64,000 nucleotides of DNA from Gammaproteobacteria bacterium (GCA_965243395.1 CBDEUS010000001.1:832001-896000); one strand, 5' to 3'; counted from the stretch's first letter, positions 30,363 through 40,944 are shown. The notes: generated from the letters alone by a model not told the origin. Numbers and translations are program-made.

Positions 30363-31733
30363 TTATCTACCGTATACATCGATTCCTGGTAGAGGACGAT
30401 GATACTTCACAACCTCTGCATACTTTGTAGATGCAGCAGTTATTCCTTTATCTGCATCAATCTTAAGTCCTGCTTCTTCAGCTGATTTTAAGAATGCAAT
30501 TGATGCCATTAATGCGTGCTGCGGATGAATGCCGCCTGTAGCACATAAACGCCAACCCATGTCTGGGTAACCCGGAATCGCGGCTGCTTCAACGGCGTGT
30601 TTGTAAAACATGATCATAAGTACATGCATAATTTCTTTTTCGCCATAACCTTCTGGTGCTTTAATGGCCGTTACTGCATTCGATGCTGTATTGGGATCTT
30701 TTGCAACTAATTCAAAACCAGCCGCAAGTACAGCAGCACGATACACTTCAGAACATTCTTTATGACGCTCGCAAACGCGATCAATTCCTTCGATGGCAAT
30801 GGAATCCAATGCTACTGCGAATTGAGAATAGTTACTTGGCGTTTCAATATGTAAGCCATGAGTATCCATCGCTTCGATGATCTTGCCAAGATTCAAGTAA
30901 TGTTGTCCTAGCGCCATCCCTGCATCTTTTAATTTTTGTTCAGACTCTTGAATTCTCTGCACGGCTTTAGGGCTTAATGTAATCATTCCAATACTGGGTG
31001 TACCCATCAAACCTTTTTGACTACAGCCAATTAGCATGTCCATGCCCATTTCTTCCATGTTTGATGGCATGCAACCGATGGACGAAATGCCGTCGATTAC
31101 AACAAGTGCAGGGTGGTTTAGTTCATCCAGTAAGTCACGTATCTTCTTAGGGTCGGTTGTTACACCAGCAGCGGTTTCATTCTGCGGCGCCATCACCATC
31201 TTAATATTATGTTCCGTGTCTTGTTCCAAGATCTCTTTAGCTTTTGCTAGAGGCAAGTCGTCACCAAGATCACATTGTAAGCGGATGGCTTTTCTACCAA
31301 TATTGTCTACACAATTTCCCATAGCTTGACTGAACCATCCGATTTCCATGGTAAGGATCACCGGCTTATCAGAATTCATTTCATCAGGAGTACGACATGA
31401 GCCTGCTGCTGCTTCAGTAGCTGATGTGCCTGAGCCGGTAAAAAAGATCGACTTACCACCTTCTTGCAATCCGACCATTTTCCCGTAGTCCTCTCGAACG
31501 GCAGCAAAAAGCTTTGCCACGCCTGGGCCACGCATACCTCTTGTTTGGGTAGAAGTAAATTGAGTCACCAATTCAGATCCAAAAGCAGGACCTGGTGTCA
31601 CATTAATAATTTTATTATGGGGTGACCAGACGTAGGGCTTATCATTAATAAAATCCACATCAGATGCTTCCATCTGATTAGTTTCGATAAGACGTCTTAG
31701 GCCGGAAAGTGGAGAGATTAATTCATTCGTCAT
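30363..31733 (-). CDS. PLP-dependent class V aminotransferase (serine/alanine-glyoxylate-like)
   Basis: TPGP, GSGTSATEAA, QNETAAGV, VIDGISSIG, CSQKGLMG (PLP Lys). Confidence 0.85.
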   Translation of the reverse strand: MTNELISPLSGLRRLIETNQMEASDVDFINDKPYVWSPHNKIINVTPGPAFGSELVTQFTSTQTRGMRGPGVAKLFAAVREDYGKMVGLQEGGKSIFFTGSGTSATEAAAGSCRTPDEMNSDKPVILTMEIGWFSQAMGNCVDNIGRKAIRLQCDLGDDLPLAKAKEILEQDTEHNIKMVMAPQNETAAGVTTDPKKIRDLLDELNHPALVVIDGISSIGCMPSNMEEMGMDMLIGCSQKGLMGTPSIGMITLSPKAVQRIQESEQKLKDAGMALGQHYLNLGKIIEAMDTHGLHIETPSNYSQFAVALDSIAIEGIDRVCERHKECSEVYRAAVLAAGFELVAKDPNTASNAVTAIKAPEGYGEKEIMHVLMIMFYKHAVEAAAIPGYPDMGWRLCATGGIHPQHALMASIAFLKSAEEAGLKIDADKGITAASTKYAEVVKYHRPLPGIDVYGR

Positions 31734-31999
31734 TTTTAAATTTCCCTATAAATTTATTCATCTAAGGTTCTTATATGTAACAAAAAAGCTCAAGATATAC
31801 TTACGAGAGAACAAGCTAGATAGAGTAGATATCCTGTACAAGGATAGCTAGCGTTGTGTGGTCTTCTACTGTGTTTTTATATACGGCTTTTTTTATCGAG
31901 CGATGTTATCACACTAATCTCCAAAGAAAGCGTATAGGACAATTTTTAAGGAATGATGGAGGTGCTGAGTTCTTTATTTTGAAAGTAAGTATTTGTTTC

Positions 32000-33565
32000 T
32001 TATAAAATCTTTAAAAATTCCACCAGATCATCAATTTCAGTATCAGTAAGGTTTAATGGGGGTAATTCATGTGGAGTAATATTGGGATCTGGTGGGTCAT
32101 TATAATACTGAACAATCTCTTTTAAGGTCTCAAATCTTCCATCATGCATGTATGGCGCAGTTACAAAAACATTACGTAGAGAGGGGACCTTAAATGCGCC
32201 AGCCGCTGTTGATGACATATTGGTTTTTTTAGCAAACATAAAATGCTCACATTTATCCGGCGCATCACTGAACTGACTGCGACAATTAAAAACATCATAT
32301 GCAACGGCTTGAATTCCAAATAGTCGCCCATAATCAAAATTATTATTTATATCTGGACCAGTACCGATATTATGAAAGCCATGATTTGTTAGCAATGGTC
32401 CATTATGGCAGCGCATACAATGTGTTTTATTAGTATCCAGGAATAATTTCAAACCATTAAGTTGATTCTGAGTTAATTTCAGAGCTTTATTCTCTTCCAT
32501 TCTTTCAATCATTTTATCAAGTTCAGATGGCTCATGCTGAATTGTGGATATATATGCTGCAAGAGATTTACCAATTATTGAAAATAATAAATTGATAGTA
32601 TTTTTTTTCTCTGCATTTAATTTTTCCCAATTTTGTTTTTCAGTTTCATTACCATATGGTGAAGCATCTTTAAAAATATTATATTTTTGTCCGCTCAAAT
32701 TACTATCCACTGTAAAAAGTAATTTCTTATATTTTTCATTCGATAAAACATAGTTGATTACAGAAGCTCTGTTATTATTCATTTCACCTTTTGTTTCAAT
32801 TGGTGTTATTGCTTGTGCCCAGAGCGAATCTCTCCTCCCATCCCAGTAAAACCATTTTGAATGTGAAACACCAAGCAGAGTGGGTGAATGTCGTTTTGTT
32901 TCAGCAGTGCCAAATGATTTTTTACGCCCATCACTGAAACTTAAATTAGGATGATGACAAGTTGAACAACTTATTGTATTAGACTTGCTTAAGTTTGGGT
33001 CAAAAAACAGTTTTTCCCCGAATTCAATTGCATGCTTATTGTTTAGGTATTTATTTGTTGGATCATTTACACTTCCGATTTGACTGATATGCATAGACGA
33101 AAGAAGTGTATGATTAAGCTCATAATTTTTTTCTTGCTTAATATCTGCATTAACAATTGAGAATTCTAATGTAGCTGTATCGAGGCCGCTTGGGCCTGTT
33201 AATGTTACTTGGAGTTGCCATTCCCCAGTCATATTGAACAAAACACCTTCTAACAGGAGTGATTTGTCTTTTAATACTCTTGTGAAATTTGGCTCACTTG
33301 GCAAACCATGACCATGCGAGGGCATGCCGCCGCTTATTGATAAATTACCTGGAATAAATTCTTTTCCGTCTTTGGTTTTAAATGTCACATACCATGAATG
33401 CATGTTCCGCAAAGGTATTGCATGTTCTTTTGTAGAAAAGGTAACTGAATATACACCGCGATTTGAGATAACAGTTTCCTGATAAGCAAAACTTGGATTT
33501 AACAAATTGAAAAATATAAATATGGAAAAAATAAATATATTTTTTTTAAGACTTTTTAGCCGCAT
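32000..33565 (-). CDS. Di-heme cytochrome c peroxidase/MauG-family protein with N-terminal YtkA/FixH-like domain
   Basis: GMPSHGHGLP N-domain; LFFDPNLS...CSTCH, FYWDGR, CMRCH, FKVPSLRNV..TAPYMHDG. Confidence 0.85.
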   Translation of the reverse strand: MRLKSLKKNIFIFSIFIFFNLLNPSFAYQETVISNRGVYSVTFSTKEHAIPLRNMHSWYVTFKTKDGKEFIPGNLSISGGMPSHGHGLPSEPNFTRVLKDKSLLLEGVLFNMTGEWQLQVTLTGPSGLDTATLEFSIVNADIKQEKNYELNHTLLSSMHISQIGSVNDPTNKYLNNKHAIEFGEKLFFDPNLSKSNTISCSTCHHPNLSFSDGRKKSFGTAETKRHSPTLLGVSHSKWFYWDGRRDSLWAQAITPIETKGEMNNNRASVINYVLSNEKYKKLLFTVDSNLSGQKYNIFKDASPYGNETEKQNWEKLNAEKKNTINLLFSIIGKSLAAYISTIQHEPSELDKMIERMEENKALKLTQNQLNGLKLFLDTNKTHCMRCHNGPLLTNHGFHNIGTGPDINNNFDYGRLFGIQAVAYDVFNCRSQFSDAPDKCEHFMFAKKTNMSSTAAGAFKVPSLRNVFVTAPYMHDGRFETLKEIVQYYNDPPDPNITPHELPPLNLTDTEIDDLVEFLKIL

Positions 33566-33837
33566 AAAGAATGATGTGATCTAGTTAACGTCCATACTAT
33601 TTATATGTGGTTCTATATTTAAACATTTGTTAAGTAAACTTGTGTTGGCGGAATGGGTGGTGATAATGGTGGCTAGTCAATTATTTGTGGGCCGATAAAT
33701 ACCAATCAGTTTGCATTAAGCGTAGATGAGGACCAAATAGGGGACACTGAACGATCTCATATATCAGAGCAAGTCAGTTACTTTGTAATAGATGGAGAGG
33801 TTTCTATTCAATTACAACCTAATAATTAATTTAGGAT

Positions 33838-34812
33838 TTATTCCATTACCATTGTTACCGTAGGCCTTCCTTCAAGTGTCCATTGATGCATCGAGCCATC
33901 ATATAGCTGAGTATTTTTAAAGCCTAGAATTTCGCTGAAAAAGAACCAACCACCTGATGCCATGTTTCCAGTATTGCAATAAGTAATTTTATTGTCGGAT
34001 GCTTCAATACCTAATGCATTTATCAATTGCTCAGCTACTTCATTTGAAGCCAGTGTTGTAGGGAATCCGCTTTTGAATATTAATTCAGTTGGGAAATTTT
34101 TAGCTCCGGAAATATGTCCGTAGTTACTTGCTGAGGAGCTTTTAGATGTTCCCAAGTATTGACTAATGGGTCGAATATCAACTAACTGGAGTGATTCTTT
34201 TGATGCAGCAGCAACTTCATCACTTGTTGCTAAAATTTCATCTCGCTCTGCAGTCGCAACCCAGTCACCAGAACTGATTTTGCTGGGCTTAGTATTTACA
34301 TCTCGGTTTTCCAGCAACCATTGCGCCATACCACCATTTAAAATAGAAAGATTATCATGGCCATAATATTTTATTTGCCAGTACAAACGTGTTGATAAAA
34401 GAATATCTCCAGCACCAGCACCTTTACTGACAATTACAATTGCATCATCTTTATTCACGCCAGCATTTTGCAATAATTTTTCAAATGCAGGTTTCTCGGG
34501 CAGTAAACTTTTAACAATTTTATCGCCAATTTTTCGATCTGCTCTGACATCTTTAAAATTTATTAATCTGGCATTAGGAATATGTCCGCCAATTCTGACT
34601 AATTGTTGCTTACCAGTTTTTTTGTCTTTAACGAATTTAGGTTCAGAGGTAAAACTTTGTATATTGCCGCGGACATCAAGGATAGTGACCTTGGATAAAT
34701 TTTCGGATAACCAATTTGTTTCTACGAGTGGGCCAGGTAACTGTGTTGCCTGGACCATTCCGCCGATTAAAAACAAAACAAAAAAGGTCAATATGTTATG
34801 AGTAATTTTCAT
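33838..34812 (-). CDS. Exported tandem-rhodanese sulfurtransferase
   Basis: LVETNWL, GHIPNA, LNGG...W, YCNTG, LYDGSMHQW. Confidence 0.88.
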   Translation of the reverse strand: MKITHNILTFFVLFLIGGMVQATQLPGPLVETNWLSENLSKVTILDVRGNIQSFTSEPKFVKDKKTGKQQLVRIGGHIPNARLINFKDVRADRKIGDKIVKSLLPEKPAFEKLLQNAGVNKDDAIVIVSKGAGAGDILLSTRLYWQIKYYGHDNLSILNGGMAQWLLENRDVNTKPSKISSGDWVATAERDEILATSDEVAAASKESLQLVDIRPISQYLGTSKSSSASNYGHISGAKNFPTELIFKSGFPTTLASNEVAEQLINALGIEASDNKITYCNTGNMASGGWFFFSEILGFKNTQLYDGSMHQWTLEGRPTVTMVME

Positions 34813-34892
34813 TTTATCTCCTTAAAGATAATTTTTTTGTTTTAAGATTACCTAAAAATAAACATGTTCTTCTTGATATGCATCAAAACAAG

Positions 34893-35501
34893 TTATTTTA
34901 ATTCTTCCAATAAATTGATAGACCGAGTCGATAGCTCGTAATATTTACGGTCTTCTGAAATATCTGTTCCTGTCTCATTTGTTAACTTGTTAACTCGAGT
35001 ATCTCTATTTTCCAACAACTCTTTGATATTCGCTCGATAAAATCCCAACATGGCAATAAGCCATTGTTCAGTTAATGATGCATCTCTAACAATAGGCAAA
35101 TTTTCTAACAAAATGTTCAACTCGTTTGCGCATTTCCATGTTTTTCCGGTTACCCAATGATTCACCGTAAACCAGCTCAATGGTTGCCCCATGTTGTCAA
35201 TAGCAAGTGCAACTACATGAGACCAAGCATCTGAATTATGAATCTCATCCATAGGCCTTGCAAAAATATGGAAATGGCCATGTTCATTCAACTGCTTATT
35301 TGGTGCAGCATGGCAATGGTAATAGGCGCGCCATGTTTCGCCACCAAAACACAAATAGCCAGCAGGGTATTTTTGATTTTCAATTATATTTGGGTTTTCA
35401 CCCAGAAAATTTAAGACAGGGTTGGTATGCACATCACCCATGTTTTGAATTACCTGAAAGAGCTGTAACCCCGCATCGTTATCAGTCAGGTTAATTGACA
35501 T
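34893..35501 (-). CDS. His-rich conserved protein (DUF6969-like)
   Basis: YYHCH...EHGHFHIF...FTVNHWVTG. Confidence 0.7.
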   Translation of the reverse strand: MSINLTDNDAGLQLFQVIQNMGDVHTNPVLNFLGENPNIIENQKYPAGYLCFGGETWRAYYHCHAAPNKQLNEHGHFHIFARPMDEIHNSDAWSHVVALAIDNMGQPLSWFTVNHWVTGKTWKCANELNILLENLPIVRDASLTEQWLIAMLGFYRANIKELLENRDTRVNKLTNETGTDISEDRKYYELSTRSINLLEELK

Positions 35502-35528
35502 ACATAAATGAAGAGTTTCTAGTGCAGA

Positions 35529-35768
35529 TTATTCAAACCCACAGGGGTTGCCAGTATCAAACCCGCATGGATTGCCAACATCTAAACCACATGGATTGTT
35601 AGCGCCCAAACCACAGGGAGCCATGTCCTCATCCACATATTGGTCATGAATTTCTTGATCAGCTTGTATGGGATCGGGTAATTTGTGACGTGTATGATCA
35701 AGTGCCACAGCAACTGTGGCCAGACCTATCGCGCCTCCCATAATCCAGCGATTTTGATTTTGTTTCAT
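35529..35768 (-). CDS. Small protein with four (N/A)PCG repeats
   Basis: APCGLGANNPCGLDVGNPCGFDTGNPCGFE; hydrophobic N-terminus; tightly spaced in the operon. Confidence 0.6.
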   Translation of the reverse strand: MKQNQNRWIMGGAIGLATVAVALDHTRHKLPDPIQADQEIHDQYVDEDMAPCGLGANNPCGLDVGNPCGFDTGNPCGFE

Positions 35769-35777
35769 GCTCTATAT

Positions 35778-36968
35778 CTAGTTTGGTTGGTCAAGTTTTA
35801 GTAATGAACGAAAATGTACACCCACTATATTGCCGATGAATCCAGTGACTAACCATAACCATCCATGCAAACTACCAGATGATATACCGGCAAATAATGC
35901 GCCTATGTTACAACCAAATGCCAACCGTGCTCCATAACCTAATAGTAATCCACCAATAACAGCAGAGACTAAACCATTCCATTTTATTTTACTGGCGGGT
36001 GCAAATTTTCCAGCTAACGCGGCAGCCAAAACCGCACCTAAAATAATTCCAAAATTCATTAACGATGTTGTATCAGCTAATACACTCTGCTCAAGAGCTA
36101 GGGAAGGGTAGCCGCTACTCCAGTAAGGCACCGCTGCTACATTACCGCCAAGAGCGGCCCAAATTTTTGCACCCCATAACCCAAAAGCAAAAGTTATTGA
36201 CCAAGTATGTCCAGCCACCAGTAATGTGATAAAACTCAGGATAGCGATGCTTATTGCTCCCCACCACAAAGGCCAAGGCCCAAATAGCAACTTAGCAGAT
36301 ACATTGTCATCACGTTCACTAGTGCGTAACGCTGCTACCTCTTTATTGCGATTAGCTTCCATTTTAATCACAACGATATAAAGCGCTGCCAACACGCCTA
36401 GTTGAATTAGAAGGGCAGGTATCCAACCTAATAGTTGAATAAATGAAATCGTACCCATGCTTGGAAGACTTAACCACCAATGTAAATGCATTGAACCAAT
36501 AAATGCACCCACAATAAAAAAACTTAGAGTAATTAACATGCGAATGTGACCGCCACCTACCGTAAACAAGGTGCCAGAACCGCAACCGCCACCTAGTTGC
36601 ATGCCAATTCCAAACAAGAAGGAGCCAACCATTATGGAAACCCCAACTGGAGCATTAGCGCCTTGAACATTAAGTTGAGGGAAAATTTCTCCTAGAATCG
36701 GGAAAAACAATACTGTGCATATTGCAAACAGTAAAAGTTGTGCACGAATACCCGCGCTTCGTCTCTCTCGAATAAAGTTACGCCAACCACCTGTGAAGCC
36801 AAACGAAGCATGATACAAGCTAATACCAAGTCCAGCTCCAATAATAAAAAGAAAGACTTGTTTTGATGCAAATGCATTTTGTAAAAAAAATGCAACTAGA
36901 ATAATTGCTATTGCGGTTAACAATGTTACAGCTGTGTCAGACTTTATGCTTGGTGCGATAGAAGACAT
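35778..36968 (-). CDS. YeeE/YedE-family sulfur-compound (thiosulfate-type) transporter
   Basis: LFGIGMQLGGGCGSGTL and GYGARLAFGCNIGA motifs. Confidence 0.9.
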   Translation of the reverse strand: MSSIAPSIKSDTAVTLLTAIAIILVAFFLQNAFASKQVFLFIIGAGLGISLYHASFGFTGGWRNFIRERRSAGIRAQLLLFAICTVLFFPILGEIFPQLNVQGANAPVGVSIMVGSFLFGIGMQLGGGCGSGTLFTVGGGHIRMLITLSFFIVGAFIGSMHLHWWLSLPSMGTISFIQLLGWIPALLIQLGVLAALYIVVIKMEANRNKEVAALRTSERDDNVSAKLLFGPWPLWWGAISIAILSFITLLVAGHTWSITFAFGLWGAKIWAALGGNVAAVPYWSSGYPSLALEQSVLADTTSLMNFGIILGAVLAAALAGKFAPASKIKWNGLVSAVIGGLLLGYGARLAFGCNIGALFAGISSGSLHGWLWLVTGFIGNIVGVHFRSLLKLDQPN

Positions 36969-37274
36969 ATGCGGAATTAATTATGTAATATTGTATTAAT
37001 ATGACTAATGTAATAAGTACGCATGGCGTACAATATAAAAAAGTTGAGCGCAAATTATAGCACTAAGGATGAATAGTTTTCGCAGGTCGCCTCATTACTG
37101 GTCTGATTGAAAAAGTAAGCTTTTCAAGTATTTAAATCAGGCTTTTTTCTCTTTAATACCTCTAAAACATTCACATCAACAGGAAATACCTAGATACTCC
37201 ATTTTGGTACTTATCAGTCTAAAAACAGACAGGTAAAGTCAAGCTGTGCTTACAAATCTCAAAAGGATCTAATC

Positions 37275-37961
37275 TTGAATGGATGCGACTTTCTGAAATC
37301 GGAAAAGGAAAAATTATTAAATCATCCTCTATTCGATGACCCGTTCCTTTCCACGATATCGTCCCTGGGTACCTTTGCACACGATAAAGCTAAGCGATTC
37401 GCTCATCTTTACTATCCACACATATTAAGAACGAGGTTATATCAGGCAAATACATTGGGTATTACGCCCGATGAAAATATTCAGTTTGTGTTATCTGAAA
37501 TTCTTTACGATGAGTATGGCTCAGGCACGCTGGAACATTCTCATATGGAACAATATCGCAAGTTTATGTATGCCCTGGGCTTTAAGCAGGATGAACTTAA
37601 AGAAGAAGAAATCATTCCAGAGCTGGAAATGTATATCAGTACAATGATGCGGTTGACTCAAGGTGATGATTGGATAGCCGCACTTGCTGCGGTGGGGGTC
37701 GCAAGTGAACATGCAATTCCAAAATACTATTCATTGTTGTTGCATGGTTTAATAAGGATTCCAGGCATAAAAGATAGTGATTTGGAATTATTCGTTGGCC
37801 ATATCAGTTTAGATGAAGAACATTCACAGCTAGTAGAGCAATCTATACTTCCTTATCTAGATTCCCAGGAAAACCAGAAAAGCTTTTCACGCGGTTTAAA
37901 TATAAATATGGAGGCAAGAAGAGAGTTTCATGCGGGTTTGCACAGAGAAATATTTAGCTAA
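37275..37961 (+). CDS. Heme-oxygenase-like diiron (TenA/PqqC/CADD-type) redox enzyme
   Basis: HPLF, LYDEYG....HSH, SE, F..HISLDEEH. Confidence 0.75.
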   Translation: MNGCDFLKSEKEKLLNHPLFDDPFLSTISSLGTFAHDKAKRFAHLYYPHILRTRLYQANTLGITPDENIQFVLSEILYDEYGSGTLEHSHMEQYRKFMYALGFKQDELKEEEIIPELEMYISTMMRLTQGDDWIAALAAVGVASEHAIPKYYSLLLHGLIRIPGIKDSDLELFVGHISLDEEHSQLVEQSILPYLDSQENQKSFSRGLNINMEARREFHAGLHREIFS

Positions 37962-37979
37962 CCAATATAAATTCATAAC

Positions 37980-38804
37980 ATGTTACTAAAAAAAAGAATA
38001 TCCGAGTTTGTTGAGCACCCAAAGTTTACCCATTTCATAACTATTTTAATTCTAATCAATGCGGTAACGCTTGGATTAGAGACGGATAACAATATTATGA
38101 ATAAGTATGGGTTTTGGCTTGTGCTTATCGACAGGATCATTCTAGTTGTTTTTACAGTTGAGTTATCACTTAAATTCTATGCATACAGATTTTCATTCTT
38201 TAAATCCGGATGGAATATATTTGATTTAATAATTGTAACTATTGCATGGGTTCCCACTACCGGGGCGTTATCCGTTCTGCGCGCGTTAAGAATTTTGCGT
38301 GTCTTAAGACTAGTATCTGTAGTTCCGCAAATGCGAAGAGTCATAACAGCGCTAGGTCATTCAATTCCAGGTATGGCATCTGTTATTGGCGTGCTTTGTA
38401 TAATTTTTTATGTTTCTGCAGTGTTAACTACAAAACTATTTGGAGATCATCCAGATCCAAACATGCAAGAATGGTTTGGCTCTGTAGGCGCATCGGCTTA
38501 TACGCTATTTCAGATAATGACACTTGAAAGTTGGTCAATGGGCATCGTCAGACCTGTAATGGAGCATTACCCACTTTCATGGATTTTCTTTGTTCCATTT
38601 ATCATCATTACAAGTTTTGCGGTTCTCAACTTATTCATTGGAATTATTGTAGATGCCATGCAAATGGCACAGAAAGAAACCAGGCACGATGACAAGTCTG
38701 AAATTAAAGACTTTACTCGTGATGAATTAGTATCAATTCATAAACGTTTTGATGATTTACAAACTGAACTAGTAAGAATCAAAAAACGTTTCGATAATGA
38801 GTGA
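37980..38804 (+). CDS. Bacterial voltage-gated sodium channel (BacNav-type)
   Basis: WNIFD, S4 LRALRILRVLRL, filter FQIMTLESWSMG, LNLFIGIIV. Confidence 0.9.
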   Translation: MLLKKRISEFVEHPKFTHFITILILINAVTLGLETDNNIMNKYGFWLVLIDRIILVVFTVELSLKFYAYRFSFFKSGWNIFDLIIVTIAWVPTTGALSVLRALRILRVLRLVSVVPQMRRVITALGHSIPGMASVIGVLCIIFYVSAVLTTKLFGDHPDPNMQEWFGSVGASAYTLFQIMTLESWSMGIVRPVMEHYPLSWIFFVPFIIITSFAVLNLFIGIIVDAMQMAQKETRHDDKSEIKDFTRDELVSIHKRFDDLQTELVRIKKRFDNE

Positions 38805-38926
38805 ATTATCTTTGGTTCCTCCACAAGTTCATTTGCGCATAATAACCATGCTATAAAAAACTCATTATTTGATTACATTTTAATCAAACTCTTGCATGAC
38901 ATGAAATTAGGTCCAAAATTGGACTC

Positions 38927-39571
38927 ATGTGTGGCAGGCATTTCCTTGATAGCTATTTTGACGACTTGGAAGCGTATTTCGACCTCGTCAATCATGTTGA
39001 TTTTAAACCTCGTTACAACATCGCACCCCAAGCCAATGTCCTAACCGTCTTCAAAGGCGATGAAGGTTATGACTTAGCAGAGATGCATTGGGGCATTGTT
39101 CCTCCATGGGCAAAAGAAGATACCTTCAAACGACCACTCTTCAATGCAAGAAGCGAAACCATATGGGAGAAACCTTCGTTTCGACATCTCGTAAAAAGTA
39201 AACGCTGTCTTATTCCTATTTCAGGATTCTTTGAATGGAAGCGAGAAGGCTCTACCAAACAACCTTATGTGATCCATGTAAACAATGAGCCCCATATGTT
39301 ACTTGGTGGGATTTATCAGATTAGTAAAGACGGTGAGTTTCAACATTGCATTGTTACCACTGAATCCAATAAGGCTATGAGTGAAATACATAATCGCCAA
39401 CCTGTGATTTTAGATTTAGAAGAATCAAAAGTATGGATGGAAAGTGAAGATCAAACAGAGATCGATAATTTAATGCAAGCGTGTCCGAATGATTGGATAG
39501 AGATGTATCCCGTGAGTGACTACGTCAACAATGCTAGAAACCAAGGGCCTGAATGTATAAAAAGAATATGA
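38927..39571 (+). CDS. SOS-response-associated peptidase (SRAP/YedK-HMCES family)
   Basis: N-terminal MCGR, PRYNIAP, FNARSET, GFFEW, IHNRQP. Confidence 0.92.
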   Translation: MCGRHFLDSYFDDLEAYFDLVNHVDFKPRYNIAPQANVLTVFKGDEGYDLAEMHWGIVPPWAKEDTFKRPLFNARSETIWEKPSFRHLVKSKRCLIPISGFFEWKREGSTKQPYVIHVNNEPHMLLGGIYQISKDGEFQHCIVTTESNKAMSEIHNRQPVILDLEESKVWMESEDQTEIDNLMQACPNDWIEMYPVSDYVNNARNQGPECIKRI

Positions 39572-39580
39572 GGAGTGAAT

Positions 39581-39814
39581 ATGATATATGACCCTAAAAG
39601 AACCAAAGCAGAACAAGAAGCTGAAGTATGGAAACATCAAGCGGAAACTTTTTCAGGTTTATACACAGGTGAGTTTAGAGAAAACAAAAAAAACCAAAGA
39701 TTACTCAAAATATTGAGATATAAATATAAAAAGCTACTGCGTGCTTACAACAAGCTTTTAAGAGGTGTAGATGGAACATTGCCTTTAAAAGGCAGGATTT
39801 ATATTTATGATTAA
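39581..39814 (+). CDS. Hypothetical basic protein
   Basis: RBS GAGGAG before ATG 39581. Confidence 0.55.
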   Translation: MIYDPKRTKAEQEAEVWKHQAETFSGLYTGEFRENKKNQRLLKILRYKYKKLLRAYNKLLRGVDGTLPLKGRIYIYD

Positions 39815-39867
39815 TAATCTGCTAGCTTTCAATTTATGGATATATGCTTACATATAAATTGTGACTA

Positions 39868-40248
39868 TTGATGATGACTAAGATTTTGTTAGGAATCGTA
39901 GTTGTTTTGATTCTATTTGGACTCGTCAAATTGTATTCGAGAGATTCTGCTACAGTGGAGCAGGCATTACTTGTTGAAAAGTACATTAAAGATTATTGCC
40001 AGACACACAATCGATATCCTGAAATTGAGAAGCTGGAGAGTCAATTTTCCCATCTGTATCCAAATCAAGAATGGTTTTACTGGCCCAACGAAACATGGAC
40101 TGCTGCAAGTTTTCAGTATCCCATGACCTTGCCACTGCCTTCTGCGATTGGTAGTTCTAAAGTGTCTGAATTTTTTCCTATCATTTACTCTTACGTTGTC
40201 AGACATCCCTGTAAGGATTTAATCAAGGAAGCATCTTCAGAGCAATAA
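39868..40248 (+). CDS. Hypothetical protein with N-terminal membrane anchor
   Basis: 126-aa ORF followed 3 bp later by a 28-bp site. Confidence 0.6.
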   Translation: MMMTKILLGIVVVLILFGLVKLYSRDSATVEQALLVEKYIKDYCQTHNRYPEIEKLESQFSHLYPNQEWFYWPNETWTAASFQYPMTLPLPSAIGSSKVSEFFPIIYSYVVRHPCKDLIKEASSEQ

Positions 40249-40251
40249 GAT

Positions 40252-40279
40252 ATGATTGTTTACGATTCAAAGCGGATAT
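40252..40279 (+). repeat. 28-bp site
   Basis: ATGATTGTTTA-CGATTC-AAAGCGGATAT. Confidence 0.75.
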
Positions 40280-40329
40280 CTAAGTGAAGCATGAGTTGCA
40301 ACAAAAGTATTCGGACTATAGGCAGATCA

Positions 40330-40779
40330 TCATGATGATGATTTTTCAGCGAAGTCTTTAAACTGATTCATAAATGCTTGAATTTTCTTTTCTAGCAATT
40401 CAGGCATGAAAATTGTAATAAGTTTGAGCAAAGCGTTAGAACTTGTGATTTCTAAGTTCAGCATCCATATAGTTTTGTCTTCATTACGTTCGTAAAATTT
40501 ATTTTCGACTGAATAGGAAATTGCATCTGTTACATAGGTTGCGCAAAACTTGTTGGGATGATTGTGTATCGTTATAGTTTTTATGATCTCTATATTGCGC
40601 CAGAAAACTTTATGAGTAAGCTTCGATTTAGCCCCGAAGGCAAATCTATCTCCACTACTCATTTGCTTGAAACCAACAAGACTGGGTTGCCACTTAGAGA
40701 GATTCTCAGGATTGAGAAATAACTCAACTACGTGTTCACGTGGTTGATTTATTTTGATTTCATATTGGTTACGCATCAC
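40330..40779 (-). CDS. SRPBCC-family protein
   Basis: IKINQPREHV.ELF.NPENL.KWQP...MNQFKDFAE. Confidence 0.8.
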   Translation of the reverse strand: MMRNQYEIKINQPREHVVELFLNPENLSKWQPSLVGFKQMSSGDRFAFGAKSKLTHKVFWRNIEIIKTITIHNHPNKFCATYVTDAISYSVENKFYERNEDKTIWMLNLEITSSNALLKLITIFMPELLEKKIQAFMNQFKDFAEKSSS

Positions 40780-40944
40780 GTAGCAAACTAAAGAAAGTAC
40801 TAGACAATAATATACTAGTGCAAATGAGTGTTATAACTTATAAAAGCAGGCACTTTTAAACAGACAATAAGGTTGATGTGTCCTCGAACGAACAAAATCC
40901 ATAGGCGTTTGTTGAAAATTGATGCTGAAAAATACTGTGTAAAA

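Noticed and set aside
38927-39814. Prophage
   Set aside because: A SRAP gene and one orphan are the only phage-like hints; no structural, replication or lysis genes
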